The notes: generated by a model not told the origin, from the sequence alone. Positions 7,856 to 16,248 are shown, counted from the first letter of the stretch. The stretch: DNA of 20,000 bases from an uncultured virus (IMG/VR IMGVR_UViG_3300027747_004519) (IMGVR_UViG_3300027747_004519), one strand, 5' to 3'. Numbers and translations: made by a program.

Positions 7856-8522
7856 AAATTTGCTCTATAAGTATATCTAAACTATTATAGAGCAAACGTT
7901 CTTTAGGCATAGTATAGCTCTGGCTAAATTCAAAGTAGCACCGGCAATGGGAGCGACACTCACACTTTTCACCAACTGCTGGTAGTGAGCCCATAGGTTG
8001 CCAGCCAGCTTCAGCGTATTTTGGGCAATCAGCGCAGGGCTCTTTAGAGCTCAGTAACCTGCGCTCCCACTTATAACCAGCGTCTGCATAAGAGTCCCTA
8101 GTTGCATTATTGAAAACAGTATGGGCAGCTTGTAAATACTGATTAGCCCTAGCTTGAATCTGGGCATCCGAAAGCTTGCCAGCATGCACATCTCGAGTGA
8201 AATTGCGCAAGAAAGTATATTGCTTTTGCAAATGGCGCCCTACGTTTGCCCAATCCGAAGTTGTAGCGGTGGGATTGGCAACTTTGTATGAACAGACCGT
8301 CACTTCCCTGATCGCATCAGCCAACTTGTTTTCCCAAGCAGCAATAGGGATTTTGCCAGAGCTATAATCTTGGTTTATCTGGGCAAAAGTACCCTTGTAG
8401 CTATCGATAAAATTCTGAGTGGCATCTCGCACTTTCGAGGTAGAAATGAACTGTCCTTTTTTGTTGCCATCTGTGTAGTGGTAGCGCTGAGTGCGTTTGT
8501 TAAAAGAGAAGTTAGGAGACAC
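7830..8522 (-). CDS. Phage head morphogenesis / minor head protein (Mu gpF / SPP1 gp7-like)
   Basis: C-terminal YKWERR..PCADC....P....CECRSHCRC Cys cluster; position between portal and protease; GTG start with GGAG RBS. Confidence 0.7.
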   Translation of the reverse strand: MSPNFSFNKRTQRYHYTDGNKKGQFISTSKVRDATQNFIDSYKGTFAQINQDYSSGKIPIAAWENKLADAIREVTVCSYKVANPTATTSDWANVGRHLQKQYTFLRNFTRDVHAGKLSDAQIQARANQYLQAAHTVFNNATRDSYADAGYKWERRLLSSKEPCADCPKYAEAGWQPMGSLPAVGEKCECRSHCRCYFEFSQSYTMPKERLLYNSLDILIEQIYDKSRYFK

Positions 8523-9423
8523 AAGCCATCTCCAGTTGTTTGACAGGGAAAAGCTCTGGAAAGCATAAGCGCTGCTTTTTATAAAGATCTAGTATGTAAG
8601 GATCTTGGCAGTTAGAATCTTTAATCCAAATGGACTCAGTGCGCTTTTTGTCTAGGTCTTGTCGCTTAGCTGCGCTCATCGTGGCAGCAAAATCTACTCT
8701 AGCCCAATCTGCCGGCACAACATCGTTAGGATAGCAACTCAATACAAATGAGCCTTTGATGTTTTTAAGTGTATCAATAAGGTCAATAAAATCCTCTCTG
8801 GTATAACCAGCGTAATGACCTTGATCTGCATCAATATAAGGCGGATCTATATAAAAAAGAGTTTGAGGACTATCCCATCTTTTAATGCAAGCTAGCGCGT
8901 CTTCGTTGCTAATATGCGTTTGGGCAATTCGCTCTAATACTGCTTTGAGCCTTGCTTTGTGGTTATTAAAAGTTATTGCCTCATTGTGACTTTTAACGCT
9001 GGTTCTCCAGCCTCCAAACATTTTGTTTGCAAAGCTCATATTGCATTGCAGATAGACTGCCCAAGCAATATCTAAAGGATTATTTGAGGTTCGCTCTTTT
9101 AATATTTTTCTTGCTTTCTTGTGGTCGCTTTGGCTATATAGCGTTGCGTCAATTCTGGCAAAGAACTGCTCTGGCTGCTCTTTAGCCACTCGGTACATTG
9201 TTATAAGATCGTCATTAACGACGTTAATGACCTCACGATAATTATCGTTGTTTCCTGTGTGTAAATAGGGTTTGGCAAAAAGCATCGTTGCGCCTCCACA
9301 GAATGGCTCAACATAGACTGTATGCTGTGGAAAATGGGGCAGTATTTTTGAGACTAATCTTTGCTTGCCTCCATAGTAGGAGACAATCGGTTTATGATGC
9401 ACTTTTGCTATTGTCATCTTCAA
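8512..9423 (-). CDS. DNA adenine methyltransferase, D12/Dam-like class (start may be ATG at 9417)
   Basis: YYGGK, YVEPFCGG, FYIDPPY and FVLSCY motifs. The usual NDxN motif reads NVVN here. Confidence 0.9.
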   Translation of the reverse strand: MKMTIAKVHHKPIVSYYGGKQRLVSKILPHFPQHTVYVEPFCGGATMLFAKPYLHTGNNDNYREVINVVNDDLITMYRVAKEQPEQFFARIDATLYSQSDHKKARKILKERTSNNPLDIAWAVYLQCNMSFANKMFGGWRTSVKSHNEAITFNNHKARLKAVLERIAQTHISNEDALACIKRWDSPQTLFYIDPPYIDADQGHYAGYTREDFIDLIDTLKNIKGSFVLSCYPNDVVPADWARVDFAATMSAAKRQDLDKKRTESIWIKDSNCQDPYILDLYKKQRLCFPELFPVKQLEMACVS

Positions 9424-9592
9424 TCTCAGCTTCTACAAGGTTTTTAAATTCATCCGGAGCGTGTTGCTGCCATGCTTTGAGCGCCTCGGATATCACCTCT
9501 GGAGTCAGTTTAGATTTGGCGCTGAGATCATGAAACGAGCCCAAGCCTTCGTCTTCGTTGCTCTGCTGGTTCAATATTGGATTGCTGCTCAT
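9392..9592 (-). CDS. 66-aa hypothetical protein overlapping the portal 3' end
   Basis: ATG with GAAGGAG RBS 9 nt upstream. Fills the portal-methylase gap. Acidic, helical-looking sequence. Confidence 0.65.
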   Translation of the reverse strand: MSSNPILNQQSNEDEGLGSFHDLSAKSKLTPEVISEALKAWQQHAPDEFKNLVEAEIEDDNSKSAS

Positions 9593-10799
9593 TTGGTTGT
9601 GCTCCTTCGTTTATTAATCCAGTTTGTTGAATGTCCCAGATGGGCCACTCTATCCTATAGCGCCCATTTTCTAGATACCAATCGTAGCCCTTGCGCAATA
9701 CTAGTTCAGTGTCGCAAACCTGCTTGATAGCCTTGGATAGGATTGAGCACCAAGACTGACGCATCCTGCCATATTTGCGGGCAGGTTCACCGGCAATATC
9801 CCGAGCTCCGGTATTATCTAGCCCAGGGAAAAACCACACTGGAAAGCCAGCGGGTATAATTTCGTATTTCCAATAATTGCAAACTTCAATCAAATTTCCT
9901 AGGTTTGGACTGGAGCTTTGAAGCATTTTAAGCTCTGTATTATTGAATAAGAACAAATCTGTAATGATCCCATCTAGCTGGCGGTTCTGGTAACTCTGTA
10001 TATAAATTTGGCGATCCTGTTCGTCAAACTCGGGTGGTAATACATGCAAAATTGGATTTACACCTAAAGCTTTAGCTGCTTGGGCTAGAGCCAATGTTGC
10101 TTCTTTGAGATTGCCCCAAGCTTGCAGCGATTGCGCAAAAATCGATTGACCATAGAGAAACTGTCTATCGTGGCGCAAATGAACTATCTGGCAAGCGTCA
10201 AATTCTGCATCAGGATCGCGCGAGCTCATAAAGCGTCTTTGGTCAAATCCCTCTAGAAATCCTTGGTCTGTTTCACGCCTGAAAATCTCCCAAGTAGGGA
10301 GGTACAGCAAATTAGAGACGCCATAAGTACTGCCGTCTTTTTCTACCCCAATTTCTAGGAAGCTATCGCCATAGCTTAGAAATTGCTTTTGCGCTTTTTC
10401 CAATTTGTCGCCACCGATGACCCATTGGTCAATTGATTCTTTGCGGTTTACTAAATCGTTTAGTATAGCCTTTGTTTCTGGGTTAATTGGCTCGGTTTTT
10501 TTGCGATCAATAAATTCGCTAATCTGCCAACCCATGTCGTCCCCATCCGCACTAGCAAATGTATCGTCTATAGCTGCAGATATAGAATGCCTTGCCTCAT
10601 AGCACCAATTTACTAGCTCGATTAGCTCCTTGCCTTTGATGGGATCGCGAACGCTAGATTCTAAGATTTCCGTATCATAATTTCTTAGCACACTAGCATA
10701 CACTTGGCTTAGCGGTCGCTGTGAGCCTTGCACCGAAGGCTGAGCGCCGGTGGGCGCGACATCAAATATACTGAGTTGTTTTTTAGCTTGAGGAATCAT
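9528..10799 (-). CDS. Phage portal protein
   Basis: 423 aa with LSYGDSFLEI, LLYLPTWEIFR and QIVHLRH..LYGQSIF (HK97-type portal 'G.AF..', 'IIH.R....YG.S' motifs). Lies upstream of the head genes. Confidence 0.85.
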   Translation of the reverse strand: MIPQAKKQLSIFDVAPTGAQPSVQGSQRPLSQVYASVLRNYDTEILESSVRDPIKGKELIELVNWCYEARHSISAAIDDTFASADGDDMGWQISEFIDRKKTEPINPETKAILNDLVNRKESIDQWVIGGDKLEKAQKQFLSYGDSFLEIGVEKDGSTYGVSNLLYLPTWEIFRRETDQGFLEGFDQRRFMSSRDPDAEFDACQIVHLRHDRQFLYGQSIFAQSLQAWGNLKEATLALAQAAKALGVNPILHVLPPEFDEQDRQIYIQSYQNRQLDGIITDLFLFNNTELKMLQSSSPNLGNLIEVCNYWKYEIIPAGFPVWFFPGLDNTGARDIAGEPARKYGRMRQSWCSILSKAIKQVCDTELVLRKGYDWYLENGRYRIEWPIWDIQQTGLINEGAQPNEQQSNIEPAEQRRRRLGLVS

Positions 10800-11085
10800 C
10801 GTTTCTGGGGTAAATCACGCTAGGCTCATGCCCGTTGGAATTGGCTTTAATAAAATGCAAGTCAGTTTCGATTTGAGATATATCTCTTTCTACCGCGGAA
10901 AGCTTGATTTGAGTCACTTCTAGGTAATTAGTAATTTTCGTAATAGCGTTCCAGTTTTGCTGCGAAACTTCGTAGAGCCTTTCAATTCGGATATTTTGCT
11001 GCTCAATCTGTTTGGATAAGCTACCACTGAGAGTAAAGCCACATCCTAGAATCGAAAGGAGCAGTGTAATGAATTCGTAGTTCAC
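10783..11085 (-). CDS. Membrane-anchored coiled-coil protein (holin-like or lysis accessory candidate)
   Basis: N-terminal hydrophobic helix (FITLLLSILGCGFTL) followed by a coiled coil. Divergent from the endolysin and overlaps the portal start. Confidence 0.5.
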   Translation of the reverse strand: MNYEFITLLLSILGCGFTLSGSLSKQIEQQNIRIERLYEVSQQNWNAITKITNYLEVTQIKLSAVERDISQIETDLHFIKANSNGHEPSVIYPRNDDSSS

Positions 11086-11155
11086 TGGAATAAAAAGTAA
11101 ATATATTAATATTATTAGTATACATGTAATTGAATTTTAGTAATAACTTACTGCC

Positions 11156-11968
11156 ATGACAACTATTGCACAAATAATTGCTGAAAAGATAGCCTTCCCA
11201 TTGCCCAAAGCTGATAATGAATTTTTGATTGAGCTCCAGCAAAAACTTAAAAATTTAAACTATTATTTTGATGCTGTAGATGGCGTTTACGGACCTAATA
11301 CAGCAGAGGCTTGGAAGCACTTTAAATTGGATCATTGCCAAGCCAGTTTTGATATATGCGGCCCAGGTAGCCTTGACTTACTCTTAAAAGCCGAGCCTAG
11401 GGTAGTTTCCCCTCTAGCAGCTGGCTATACCAATTTGTGGAATGCCTGCTCTGTTAATAGCGGCAAGATTGATGATTGCGATTGGGTGATTAACCGTAAA
11501 TTTATACCCAACAAAGGATTCTATGACGCGGTCGAAAAAGCTACTAGAGTGCCTTGGTACGTGGTAGCTGTATTGCATGCGAGAGAAAGCGATTGTGATT
11601 TTAGAACTCACTTGCACAATGGGGATCCTCTTAGTGCTAGAACAGTCCATGTGCCAGCAGGTAGACCCACTTGGGGTAAGCCTCCTTACAAGTGGTACGA
11701 GAGTGCAATTGACGCTCTGCAAGAAAACGGTATAGCCAATAACCGCAATTGGTCTATTGCCAATACTTTAGAAAAGATAGAGCGCTACAACGGCACAGGC
11801 TATTTCAATAAAGGTATTAATAGTCCATATGTTTGGGCAGGTACTAACCAGTATTCACGTGGCAAATACGTAGAAGATGGACGCTATAGTTCATCTGCTG
11901 TAGATAATCAATTGGGATGCGCAGCCTTGCTAAAACGCTTAGAGGCTAAGGGTCTGGTTAAATTTTAA
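11156..11968 (+). CDS. Endolysin: peptidoglycan-binding domain plus lysozyme-family catalytic domain (COG5526-like)
   Basis: LQQKL..VDGVYGPNTAEAWKHF matches PG_binding_1. VPWYVVAVLHARES, HLHNGDPL, ERYNGTGY, SPYVWAGT and GKYVEDG match the catalytic family. Confidence 0.9.
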   Translation: MTTIAQIIAEKIAFPLPKADNEFLIELQQKLKNLNYYFDAVDGVYGPNTAEAWKHFKLDHCQASFDICGPGSLDLLLKAEPRVVSPLAAGYTNLWNACSVNSGKIDDCDWVINRKFIPNKGFYDAVEKATRVPWYVVAVLHARESDCDFRTHLHNGDPLSARTVHVPAGRPTWGKPPYKWYESAIDALQENGIANNRNWSIANTLEKIERYNGTGYFNKGINSPYVWAGTNQYSRGKYVEDGRYSSSAVDNQLGCAALLKRLEAKGLVKF

Positions 11969-12003
11969 ATAATAATATCTTTGGTAGGATTTAGAAATAA
12001 GTT

Positions 12004-12282
12004 ATGTCGCAGATCATGCTATTTTTAAGCGGTACTATCAAAGATATTAATTTGCAAAATCAAACTATTGAAATTGCAAGTTGCAGCAGAATTTACCAAG
12101 GCGCATTTAATATTTTGCCAGAGAATATGCCTTTAAAATTGGGCTTGATGGCTCATTTTAAAGGAATCAAACTAGATAGCCAAACTCTAGCAATAAGCGA
12201 GATTAGCTGGCAATATCCAGTGTTTAAACCGGTGGGTTGGGATTGCCGTCACAAGATTTTTACTGGTATTTATTATGTTTGA
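12004..12282 (+). CDS. Hypothetical protein (possible OB-like beta barrel)
   Basis: 92 aa with LSGTIKDIN..TIEI..LKLG..FKG..LAISEI. Overlaps the next gene. Confidence 0.55.
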   Translation: MSQIMLFLSGTIKDINLQNQTIEIASCSRIYQGAFNILPENMPLKLGLMAHFKGIKLDSQTLAISEISWQYPVFKPVGWDCRHKIFTGIYYV

Positions 12283-12733
12283 TTTTTCGCTCAAATCTGA
12301 AGCGCAATTTGTGGGAGATATTCTCAATCAATTACCTAATGCTACTTTGACTTTTAAAGATGCCAAGGATACTGGCACAATTGATATTATCTATCAAGCT
12401 GATGGAAATCCAGTTATTGACTCCGCTGATATACAAACTACTACGCTCTCGCTGTATCTTGTGCAAAGGGCAATACCCGGAGGTATCTTTGATGTCAGTC
12501 GGGGGGCGGATCTCGAAACTGTCTATTTTGAGGGCAGGCTAGTAGATCCAAAGACATACCCTTTGCCAATTCAAGCGCAAGGGGATATCTTAGCCATTAT
12601 CAATGGGCAACAAGGTAGGGTAACCAGCGTGAGAGCTTTTAGCACTCCCACAGCCCAAGCTTTTAATTATGATTTGCAGATGGGACAAAAGCTGGGATTA
12701 TTTGTGCAGTTCTTTCAAGGCACATCTAGCTAA
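12275..12733 (+). CDS. Hypothetical protein, possibly virion neck/head-closure
   Basis: 152-aa beta-rich ORF overlapping the upstream gene. The function is a guess from size and composition. Confidence 0.55.
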   Translation: MFDFSLKSEAQFVGDILNQLPNATLTFKDAKDTGTIDIIYQADGNPVIDSADIQTTTLSLYLVQRAIPGGIFDVSRGADLETVYFEGRLVDPKTYPLPIQAQGDILAIINGQQGRVTSVRAFSTPTAQAFNYDLQMGQKLGLFVQFFQGTSS

Positions 12734-13429
12734 TCATGTAAGGTGAGGGGGATAATTAAATTGCTTGCACAATTGATGATAGACAATGTCACAATTTTTA
12801 ACAAAATGATTGCTGCCATCTATTTGAGTTATATTCCAATCAATTTCGCCAGGAAAAGTATTGGGTTGAGCAAATAAATTTATCATTGTTTGATGGTATC
12901 CCACTAAGCTTTTTTGAGCGTGAAAACCATATTTTTCTTTTGGGGCAATAGACAATTTAAACTCTTCCAAATAAACTTGATTTTCCTCATAACTCATCGG
13001 TTCATACAATGGATCGATTGATGTTGGCACAAAGTCAGATAATTCTTTTTTTCTTTGATATCCAATTTCTGGGGGTATTGTCAATAAAAAAGTAATATCA
13101 GGAATACGCAAGGCTTTTTTAATGTTGCGTAAGTTTACCCAGTCCGTATTTGTGGAAGAACGCAAAAATTGCTGCACACAAAAAAACAAAAACCCTCGCT
13201 CAATAACCACTCGTTGCGAATCCTTTAAGCGTTGATTGATTGTTAAAAGATCTTCCATTAAATAACAATTGTTTCGTTCGCTGTCGCTAGTTTTTAAAAA
13301 ATAATATTTACGTGAGGGAAATTCTAGATATTCAGCTTTCCACAATTTTGCAATGTATTTAGCAATAGTAGTTTTGCCACTGCGATCACAACCTTCAACA
13401 CAGATAATCCAATTTTTTTGAGGTATCAT
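12734..13429 (-). CDS. Divergent thymidylate/dNMP kinase-like P-loop protein
   Basis: IICVEGCDRSGKTT Walker A, EFP, VVIER (variant of the DR motif), IPDITFLL, IDGS. Confidence 0.75.
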   Translation of the reverse strand: MIPQKNWIICVEGCDRSGKTTIAKYIAKLWKAEYLEFPSRKYYFLKTSDSERNNCYLMEDLLTINQRLKDSQRVVIERGFLFFCVQQFLRSSTNTDWVNLRNIKKALRIPDITFLLTIPPEIGYQRKKELSDFVPTSIDPLYEPMSYEENQVYLEEFKLSIAPKEKYGFHAQKSLVGYHQTMINLFAQPNTFPGEIDWNITQIDGSNHFVKNCDIVYHQLCKQFNYPPHLT

Positions 13430-13479
13430 ATTTTTCTACTGATTACTTATTAACCTATTGCAGTTCTTCCAAAGCACAT

Positions 13480-13875
13480 CTAGTTAGATGGTTTTCTATA
13501 TCTATAAGCCGGCTTGATATATAAATCATCTATTTCCTCGGCAAGGTTGCAGCTCTCTACAATTATTGGCTTAACAAACAAGCTTACTAGTTGCATATCA
13601 TTTAGTGTGAAGCTACCGCTAAGCGCCACTTTGCTAGGATTGCGCCTTTTTCCTATACGCCAAACTGGGAGCCCATCAGCATCCACAGATTCATGCACAA
13701 CCTGGTCAAAAAACTTTAAAAGCTCAGTATTATCACAAGCTTTATCCAATAGCAAATAGCGTACCTCTGGATGATTGATCAAAAAATTAATAATCAAGTT
13801 AGGCTCATTGAGTATGCTGTGGGCTTTGTTGGTACCTAGCGGATATACCACCGCGACGTCAAATCTTTTGAACAC
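13480..13875 (-). CDS. Hypothetical protein between the two kinases
   Basis: 131 aa, overlaps the end of the upstream kinase, same strand. Confidence 0.6.
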   Translation of the reverse strand: MFKRFDVAVVYPLGTNKAHSILNEPNLIINFLINHPEVRYLLLDKACDNTELLKFFDQVVHESVDADGLPVWRIGKRRNPSKVALSGSFTLNDMQLVSLFVKPIIVESCNLAEEIDDLYIKPAYRYRKPSN

Positions 13876-14425
13876 AATATTGCTCCATATCCTGTACCAT
13901 AAGCTCTGTTACGGACTTGCTGGCATCCAAGGTCTGGAAATTCCAACCCAGCTGTCGCAGGCTAGCTATAGCCTCACCGTAAGCTTCAAGGGCTTTTACT
14001 TGGTTAGCATAGCTCTCAATCTCGGGCACGGGTTCCCCTCTATAGCACGCGCGCTCCATAATTCTCTGCTGAGCTTTTTCAGGCGAAAGCGACATGAGAT
14101 AGGTGATATCAGGCACGATTAGCCCGCGGGATAGTTTTATCCAAGTGTGGGTTTTCACCTGCGCGTTGCTCAATTTTTCGTAGGCTAGATGGCTTGGCAG
14201 ATACCTATCTAATACTACCTTCTCGCAGTCTCTTATCTTGTCCTGAATTCCGTAGAAATCCGCCATATGTAGCATGGCATTTGTGTAGTCGCAATCGGTT
14301 TTATTGATGTAGTAATACTCGCTAGGGCATTTAATATAAGTGGCATTCCAAGCCCTAGAGACCCTAATTGCCAGCGTGGTTTTCCCAACTCCATCTATTC
14401 CCTCAAAGCAGATAATCTTGGTCAT
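13859..14425 (-). CDS. tmk: Thymidylate kinase (dTMP kinase)-like protein
   Basis: IICFEGIDGVGKTT, VVLDRYLPSHLAYE, VPDITYLM..PE.A.QRI.ER and LDASKS are canonical dTMP kinase motifs. Confidence 0.82.
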   Translation of the reverse strand: MTKIICFEGIDGVGKTTLAIRVSRAWNATYIKCPSEYYYINKTDCDYTNAMLHMADFYGIQDKIRDCEKVVLDRYLPSHLAYEKLSNAQVKTHTWIKLSRGLIVPDITYLMSLSPEKAQQRIMERACYRGEPVPEIESYANQVKALEAYGEAIASLRQLGWNFQTLDASKSVTELMVQDMEQYCVQKI

Positions 14426-14470
14426 TTTTTGCGAGTTGTCTTGATTAATTTTCTTATTGTATCAAGCAAC

Positions 14471-14493
14471 AAAAAAGGACTCTTTCGAGTCCT
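14471..14493 (-). terminator. Intrinsic terminator
   Basis: Minus strand AGGACTC-GAAA-GAGTCCT followed by a T run. Confidence 0.85.
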
Positions 14494-14501
14494 CGGCAGT
14501 T

Positions 14502-14801
14502 TTAGTGGTTTGCGTTTTGTCTAGCCACCATTTGCAACAGAATCGCCCGAGTAACGCCTTTGTCCACAGCAGCTCTTGGGTTATTGTATATTTTGCTTTT
14601 CCAAATCTTACCTGAACCATTTAGCGTTAATTGAACATAATATTCATCTATACTCACGCAAACCAATTTAAAGCGACCTGTGTTGCCTTTAAGCCCTACT
14701 AAAGGCAAAAAGTCTCCCACTGTTTTTTTCCAGTTGCGCATAAAAGCTTTATTTGCCAATTTTTGGTTGTCTGATAAATATGTTTTAGTAGCGGTTGTCA
14801 T
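14502..14801 (-). CDS. Hypothetical basic protein (cassette gene)
   Basis: 99 aa with AGGAG RBS, own promoter and terminator. Confidence 0.8.
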   Translation of the reverse strand: MTTATKTYLSDNQKLANKAFMRNWKKTVGDFLPLVGLKGNTGRFKLVCVSIDEYYVQLTLNGSGKIWKSKIYNNPRAAVDKGVTRAILLQMVARQNANH

Positions 14802-14916
14802 GATTCAATCTCCTGTATTTCTTAACTTTCTTCTATTATCGGGTATATACCCTGAAAAGTCAATAGGTTTTTAAAAAAAAGTTTTGGTCAAAAAAAAAGA
14901 GGCTCGGTTGAGCCTC
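14794..14916 (-). repeat. Terminator-promoter-RBS module, copy 1
   Basis: Near-identical to 15303..15423. Contains the GAGGCTC-AACC-GAGCCTC+T terminator, TTGACT(14863-14858)-17-GATAAT(14840-14835), the palindrome GGGTATATACCC, AGGAG and ATGACAAC. Confidence 0.92.
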
Positions 14917-14923
14917 GGATGTG

Positions 14924-15310
14924 TTAAGGATTTTCGTTAAGCCATTTGCGCACTTCGGCTGCGCCTATTGGACCAAATCGATCAATTGGATATTCGTTGG
15001 GGTTTTTGGCGTAGTGCGACTCAAACCAGCTTAGGGGCTTGGTGCGATTGGACAGAAAGAATTGAGCGGAGGTTTCATAGTAGAGAGCGCGTTGGACAAG
15101 GCGCAACGCTCCAAAAGTGGAGCCTGTGTGGGTCTGTGTGTTTGCACAAACCTCAATTGAGATAAATAATTTTTGTTTGATTTGCTTAGCCCAAGCTACT
15201 TGCTTGGGAGTACCTACCAACTGGGTAGGACAATCGGTAATCTCTGCCAACTTAATCGAATCTTTGCTTCTTTGAGTGTAGTTAGCGTTGTAGTGAGTGA
15301 AAGTTGTCAT
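14924..15310 (-). CDS. Hypothetical phage protein with an 'L.G(S/T).KQ.AWA..I' motif (cassette gene)
   Basis: 128 aa. LVGTPKQVAWAKQIK is a recurrent motif of small phage proteins. Has its own promoter, RBS and terminator. Confidence 0.8.
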   Translation of the reverse strand: MTTFTHYNANYTQRSKDSIKLAEITDCPTQLVGTPKQVAWAKQIKQKLFISIEVCANTQTHTGSTFGALRLVQRALYYETSAQFFLSNRTKPLSWFESHYAKNPNEYPIDRFGPIGAAEVRKWLNENP

Positions 15311-15423
15311 GATTGAATCTCCTGTATTTCTTAACTTTCTTAATTATCGGGTATATACCCTGAAAAGTCAATAGGTTTTGGAAAAAAGTTTTTGGGCAAA
15401 AAAAAGAGGCTCGGTTGAGCTTC
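15303..15423 (-). repeat. Terminator-promoter-RBS module, copy 2
   Basis: TTGACT(15371-15366)-17-GATAAT(15348-15343), terminator at 15398..15424, same RBS and first codons as copy 1. Confidence 0.92.
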
Positions 15424-15475
15424 TAAAATGTTGAATTTTAACCGGAGGTGATTAATTATTATGTTTTTTACTGCA

Positions 15476-16090
15476 CTATCTGCATCTAATACAACACATA
15501 TTACCAGCCTCAACATTCCCATACGTATTATATTGTGCACCACATTCCCAGCACTCTTCTAGTACTTTAGTTAGTTCGTCTTTAAATTGTATTTTTTCGC
15601 TAGGTAGTCCGACAATTTCTATAGCTTGCTCGTTAGTAATTTGTTGTATTACCCCTTGTGATACCTTTAACCAAACTTCGGACTTATTACCTGAACCGCT
15701 ATATGAGACAGACTGATAGATACCATCTTCTTTAATCAGATACTTTTTACGTTTACCGTCTTGATCAACAGCATTAACAAACTTTCTAGAATAGCCATAT
15801 TGTAGGTCTTGACCTTCAATTAAAGCGATCCAGCCTTTTTTATTCGCATAGTCAGACGTCTGATAATTTGATTCTATTTCAACAGGTTTTAAGCCCTTTT
15901 CTATCTCGCTGTTAAATTTTTCTATAGAATTCCACTGTTCCAATTTCCCTTTCTCAATAATTGATATAGCAGTGTATCTAATATCAGTATCTTTTAAAGT
16001 AGTCCAAACTGATATCTCTGGGTGAACTTTTACCCTGTTATTGTCTGTAGTAAAACTTAAACCTGAGCGAGTACAAATTTTGGTATACAT
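15476..16090 (-). CDS. Hypothetical protein with a C-terminal Cys cluster (CWEC...CCIRC) (cassette gene)
   Basis: 204 aa with AGGAG RBS. The central KGWIALIEGQDLQYGYSRKFV resembles a recurrent small phage domain. Confidence 0.8.
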   Translation of the reverse strand: MYTKICTRSGLSFTTDNNRVKVHPEISVWTTLKDTDIRYTAISIIEKGKLEQWNSIEKFNSEIEKGLKPVEIESNYQTSDYANKKGWIALIEGQDLQYGYSRKFVNAVDQDGKRKKYLIKEDGIYQSVSYSGSGNKSEVWLKVSQGVIQQITNEQAIEIVGLPSEKIQFKDELTKVLEECWECGAQYNTYGNVEAGNMCCIRCR

Positions 16091-16116
16091 TTTATTCTCC
16101 TAATCTGTCGTATTTT

Positions 16117-16173
16117 CTGTATTTTTTAACTTTCTATAGCTTAAGCGATATTCTAGAGAAAGTCAATAGGTTT
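16117..16173 (-). promoter_or_regulatory. Diverged third promoter/leader module
   Basis: ACCTATTGACT(16166-16161)-17-TAAGCT, then the leader AGAAAGTTAAAAAATACAG, similar to AGAAAGTTAAGAAATACAG of copies 1 and 2. Confidence 0.7.
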
Positions 16174-16248
16174 CCAAAATAAAAGATATTAGCCCATGTG
16201 GTACGCTAAAAGAATAACCCGATTAGCTGGCTGCCAGCCTTCGACAAT

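Noticed and set aside
15340..15543. 67-aa minus-strand ORF
   Set aside because: It runs through the terminator-promoter module and overlaps the 204-aa gene out of frame.
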